Shown here: positions 8,785 to 11,269 of the stretch, in pieces | Layout: each line of letters opens with the position of its first letter | Position numbering within the stretch: position 1 is the stretch's first letter | Assembly (NCBI GenBank): GCA_041736305.1 | Contig: JBGSTX010000112.1 | Coordinates: forward strand, 1 to 11,269 | Reading direction: 5' to 3' | From: Oligoflexus sp. | GTDB lineage: Bacteria > Bdellovibrionota_B > Oligoflexia > Oligoflexales > Oligoflexaceae | Length of the DNA: 11,269 nt | The notes under the pieces: model-generated | What the model saw: the letters and a program-made list of their open reading frames with translations, nothing else | Database searches by the model: none | What the model was told of the DNA's origin: nothing | Translations under genes and position numbers: made by a program

Positions 8785-8866
8785 TGCGGATACGCGGAGG
8801 GGAAGCTTCTTATTCTTCGTTTACAGAATGACTCATAATGTTTTCTCATTGATTGGATTTTAGCAT

Positions 8867-8882
8867 TGGCATGTATATTGCT
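8867..8882 (+). promoter_or_regulatory. Sigma-54 (-24/-12) promoter for the zinc-ribbon gene
   Basis: TGGCATGTATATTGCT, i.e. GG-N10-GC, near-consensus; ends 30 nt upstream of ATG 8913, leaving room for the AAGGAGG SD in the leader. Confidence 0.8.
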
Positions 8883-8912
8883 GTATTATCATCAGAAAAG
8901 GAGGGCGTTTTC

Positions 8913-9251
8913 ATGAACTCTGAAACCCCCAGAACTCGCAGTGAGGATGAGTATTTTTTTCGTCTCGATCAAGAGATCAATAGAAAGCGCCGGGAGGAAC
9001 TCGACAAGCAGCGAGCGATCCGACTGGCTCAGGAGGAGAAAGAGCTCCACTGGATGAAGTGCCCTAAGTGCGGACACAGCATGCATGAAGTGAGTCTCAA
9101 AGGAATATATGTGGATAAATGCTCAGGTTGCAATGGCGTGTTCTTTGATAATGGTGAGTGGAATCTCATTATCGAAAACGAGCCTGAGGAACGCCCGAGC
9201 TTCCTGACTACTTTGCATAGTCTCATCCACCCTGAAGGGGCTCGCACTTAG
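8913..9251 (+). CDS. zf-TFIIB-like zinc-ribbon protein with charged N-terminal helix
   Basis: 'WMKCPKCGHSM...IYVDKCSGCNGVFFDNGE' (CxxC-x17-CxxC then GVFFDxGE) matches the bacterial zf-TFIIB family pattern. Start moved from TTG 8853 to ATG 8913 because of the strong SD AAGGAGG (8898-8904) and the promoter at 8867-8882. Confidence 0.88.
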   Translation: MNSETPRTRSEDEYFFRLDQEINRKRREELDKQRAIRLAQEEKELHWMKCPKCGHSMHEVSLKGIYVDKCSGCNGVFFDNGEWNLIIENEPEERPSFLTTLHSLIHPEGART

Positions 9252-9277
9252 GCAGCTCCTCTAGTTCAATCATCGAA

Positions 9278-9303
9278 CCTAGAGCCGTCTTCGCGGTTCT
9301 AGG
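9278..9303 (+). other. Stem-loop downstream of the zinc-ribbon gene (possible terminator or stabiliser)
   Basis: CCTAGAGCCG (9278-9287) pairs with CGGTTCTAGG (9294-9303) with one G-U pair; loop TCTTCG; no following U-tract. Confidence 0.45.
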
Positions 9304-9541
9304 GCCGAAGGTCCATCCCAGCTCATGCCCCGTCTCGCTGCTTGAAGCCGAGAACACCTAGGTTTTCGCTGCCCTTACCTGAATGTAAGAAACTTTCGTG
9401 CCTAATAAAATACCGTAATCACGTCCTTTGTTCTGCTTAATCGAGTCCCGTCAAAGCCTTTGCAAAAAGCCCTTCATGGGATGCCCCTCTTCATCCGATC
9501 TGCTTAAAAGCCGAACGCCGATGACAGCATGGGGCCTGCAG

Positions 9542-11269
9542 ATGAACTTAAGCGATCCCAAAACCAAAATTGTTACAGTGCATCCTAGTGCCTCCATGCG
9601 CCAGCTCATCAATACGGAGCTGCGTAACAGGGGCTACCAGGATGTAACAGGCGTCCCAGACCTGCAGAGTGTCCTCGATATACTTGAAAAAGATATGATT
9701 CACTGGCTCATCACGCCGGTCCTTAGCGATGAGAATCTCAACGTTTTTCAAATTTTGCGTCTAGTCACCGAGCAGGCCTCGCTAATGGACCTGCACGTCA
9801 GCTTCCTCCTCGACTCACAGACTCCGGCTCATTATCTGAGCAAAGCCTTTGATTTAGGGCTCTTTTCTTATCACCGGAACATACAGACCAAAGTCGACGT
9901 CGAGAGAGAGTTAGACGGGCTTCTAGCACTCTACGAAAACCTCGAGAGAAGTTCGAGCCTGGTGGCCGCCACTTTCTTGCGTCGCCTCTTGATCGAAGAA
10001 AAAAGGACGGCAGATCTGCTGCGCTTCGAGAAGAGTTTGTTTCGCTTACACTCGGGACACTTCAAGCTCTTCCTATCCCTAGCGGAAGCCCACCTCATGA
10101 ACGAGGAATATCCTGCGGCCAATCAACTGGCACAGAGAAGCCTCCTTGTGGCGCCCGAGCTCAAGCCGGAGCTCACCTCGCTCTTCGCTCACTATAAAAG
10201 CAACATTGAAGAACTTCAGACCCCGGCTAGCAAACAAGATTTACTCGGAATCAAGAGCTGTCTTCTGGTCGAACCGCACGCGGCGACGAGGGCTGCGGTT
10301 GAAAAGCTGCTTTTGCAGCTAGGGATCGAAGAACTGAAGCCTTTTAGCGACGCAGACGCCGCTCTTAAGTGGGTTAAGCAAGGCAACAAGCCCGAGCTGG
10401 TCATTTTCGAATGGGGCCTCAAAGAAATTCCGGGGCCTATCTTCGTGCAGCAAATCAGAGAACTGATTGGCCTCGGCAAACCCCTCACGGTGATGAATAA
10501 AGATCTTACCGAACGCGATATGCCGATTCTCCGCGAAATGGGCGTCACCGACCGCATCAAAAAACCGATCGAGGCTCACAAGTTTCTTCAGGATATTATC
10601 TGGCTCATTCACCAGGACCGCACGCCGAGCGAACCTTTCATTCTCATGCAGAAGATTCGCCAGGCCATGCAAGAGCAGGACTTCGAGCATCTCGCGACCT
10701 ATACCAAACGCTTTATGGATAGCCCCAAAGCTAGCGCTACCGACAAAATCCTTTTGCAGGCCGAACTGGCCTACTTTCGCGGACAGTATCGCAACGCCAA
10801 GTCTCTGGCCATCGAAGCCCTCAAACTTGGGCCGGTAGGCGTGGAGACACTCAATCTGCTCGGTAAATCTCTGATGAAACTGCGCGACTTCGAGTCAGCG
10901 CTGACTTGTCTTGAAAACGCCGAAATTGTTTCACCTAAAAACGTCCAGAGAATATGCGATCTCGCTGAGGTTCATCTCGAGATGGAAAATGACGAACTCT
11001 TCGAAGTTAAGCTCGATGAGGCCAAGGCCATCAGTCCGGAGAGCCCCGTCATCATAGAAGTCGAGACTAAAGCCGCTCTCATGCATAAGGACAGCAGCAA
11101 GGCCAAGGCTCTTATGCAGTCGCTACCCTCGCTCTTCAATATCGTCTCCTTCACCAACAATCGGGCTATTTCTCTCATTCGCTGTCAGCGCTATGAGGAT
11201 GGCACGGCCCTCTATAATGAAGCCATTCACGCTATTCCCGACGAAAAAGTCGAGGTGCGGGCTATCCTT
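9542..11269 (+). CDS. Atypical response-regulator-like protein: degenerate REC - helical/TPR-like - pseudo-REC - TPR repeats (3'-partial)
   Basis: Manually translated: 576 codons without a stop, from ATG 9542 (MNLSDPKTKIVTVHPSASMRQLI...) to the window end (...EKVEVRAIL). Second REC: 'CLLVEPH...LGI...PELVIFEWGLKEIPG...EMGVTDRIKKPI'. TPRs: 'QAELAYFRGQYRNAKSLAIEALKLGP', 'TLNLLGKSLMKLRDFESALTCLENAEIVSPKN', 'NNRAISLIRCQRYEDGTALYNEAI'. In-frame ATGs at 9476 and 9521 are alternative starts; TGGGG at 9530-9534 favours 9542. Confidence 0.88.
   Translation, partial: MNLSDPKTKIVTVHPSASMRQLINTELRNRGYQDVTGVPDLQSVLDILEKDMIHWLITPVLSDENLNVFQILRLVTEQASLMDLHVSFLLDSQTPAHYLSKAFDLGLFSYHRNIQTKVDVERELDGLLALYENLERSSSLVAATFLRRLLIEEKRTADLLRFEKSLFRLHSGHFKLFLSLAEAHLMNEEYPAANQLAQRSLLVAPELKPELTSLFAHYKSNIEELQTPASKQDLLGIKSCLLVEPHAATRAAVEKLLLQLGIEELKPFSDADAALKWVKQGNKPELVIFEWGLKEIPGPIFVQQIRELIGLGKPLTVMNKDLTERDMPILREMGVTDRIKKPIEAHKFLQDIIWLIHQDRTPSEPFILMQKIRQAMQEQDFEHLATYTKRFMDSPKASATDKILLQAELAYFRGQYRNAKSLAIEALKLGPVGVETLNLLGKSLMKLRDFESALTCLENAEIVSPKNVQRICDLAEVHLEMENDELFEVKLDEAKAISPESPVIIEVETKAALMHKDSSKAKALMQSLPSLFNIVSFTNNRAISLIRCQRYEDGTALYNEAIHAIPDEKVEVRAIL

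Noticed and set aside
8853..8912. 20-aa N-terminal extension of the zinc-ribbon ORF (TTG start)
   Set aside because: It overlaps the sigma-54 motif and the strong SD for ATG 8913.
9449..9464. Possible third sigma-54 promoter CGTCAAAGCCTTTGCA upstream of the REC-TPR gene
   Set aside because: It has GT rather than the near-invariant GG at -24.
9548..11178. Five short minus-strand ORFs in the apparently empty right end
   Set aside because: They are shadows of the continuous plus-strand frame 9542-11269, which the track omitted because it has no stop within the window.
1..11269. CRISPR arrays, tRNA/rRNA, IS elements, prophage or defence systems
   Set aside because: No spaced direct repeats, RNA gene signatures, transposase/integrase or nuclease motifs were seen; nearly all sequence is explained by the listed genes.

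Overview
Bacterial chromosomal window with nine protein-coding genes and no RNA genes, CRISPR array or mobile element that I can support. The gene content (TIGR02147-type protein, receiver-TPR protein, sigma-54 promoters) suggests Bdellovibrionota/Oligoflexia or a related former deltaproteobacterium; this is inference only. Left to right: a 5'-truncated TIGR02147/DUF4423-type gene; a DUF924 gene; a TetR regulator followed by a tripartite RND efflux operon (TolC-family OMF, lipoprotein adaptor, AcrB-family permease) ending in an intrinsic terminator; a convergent tandem-domain universal stress protein gene; a divergently transcribed small zinc-ribbon (zf-TFIIB-like) gene; and a >=576-codon gene missing from the ORF track because it runs off the right end, encoding two degenerate receiver domains plus TPR repeats. 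The most notable signals are (i) back-to-back divergent sigma-54 (-24/-12) promoter motifs serving the USP and zinc-ribbon genes, and (ii) the double pseudo-receiver/TPR protein with Glu at the phosphoacceptor site. I find no firm evidence for a wholly new system; these are leads.
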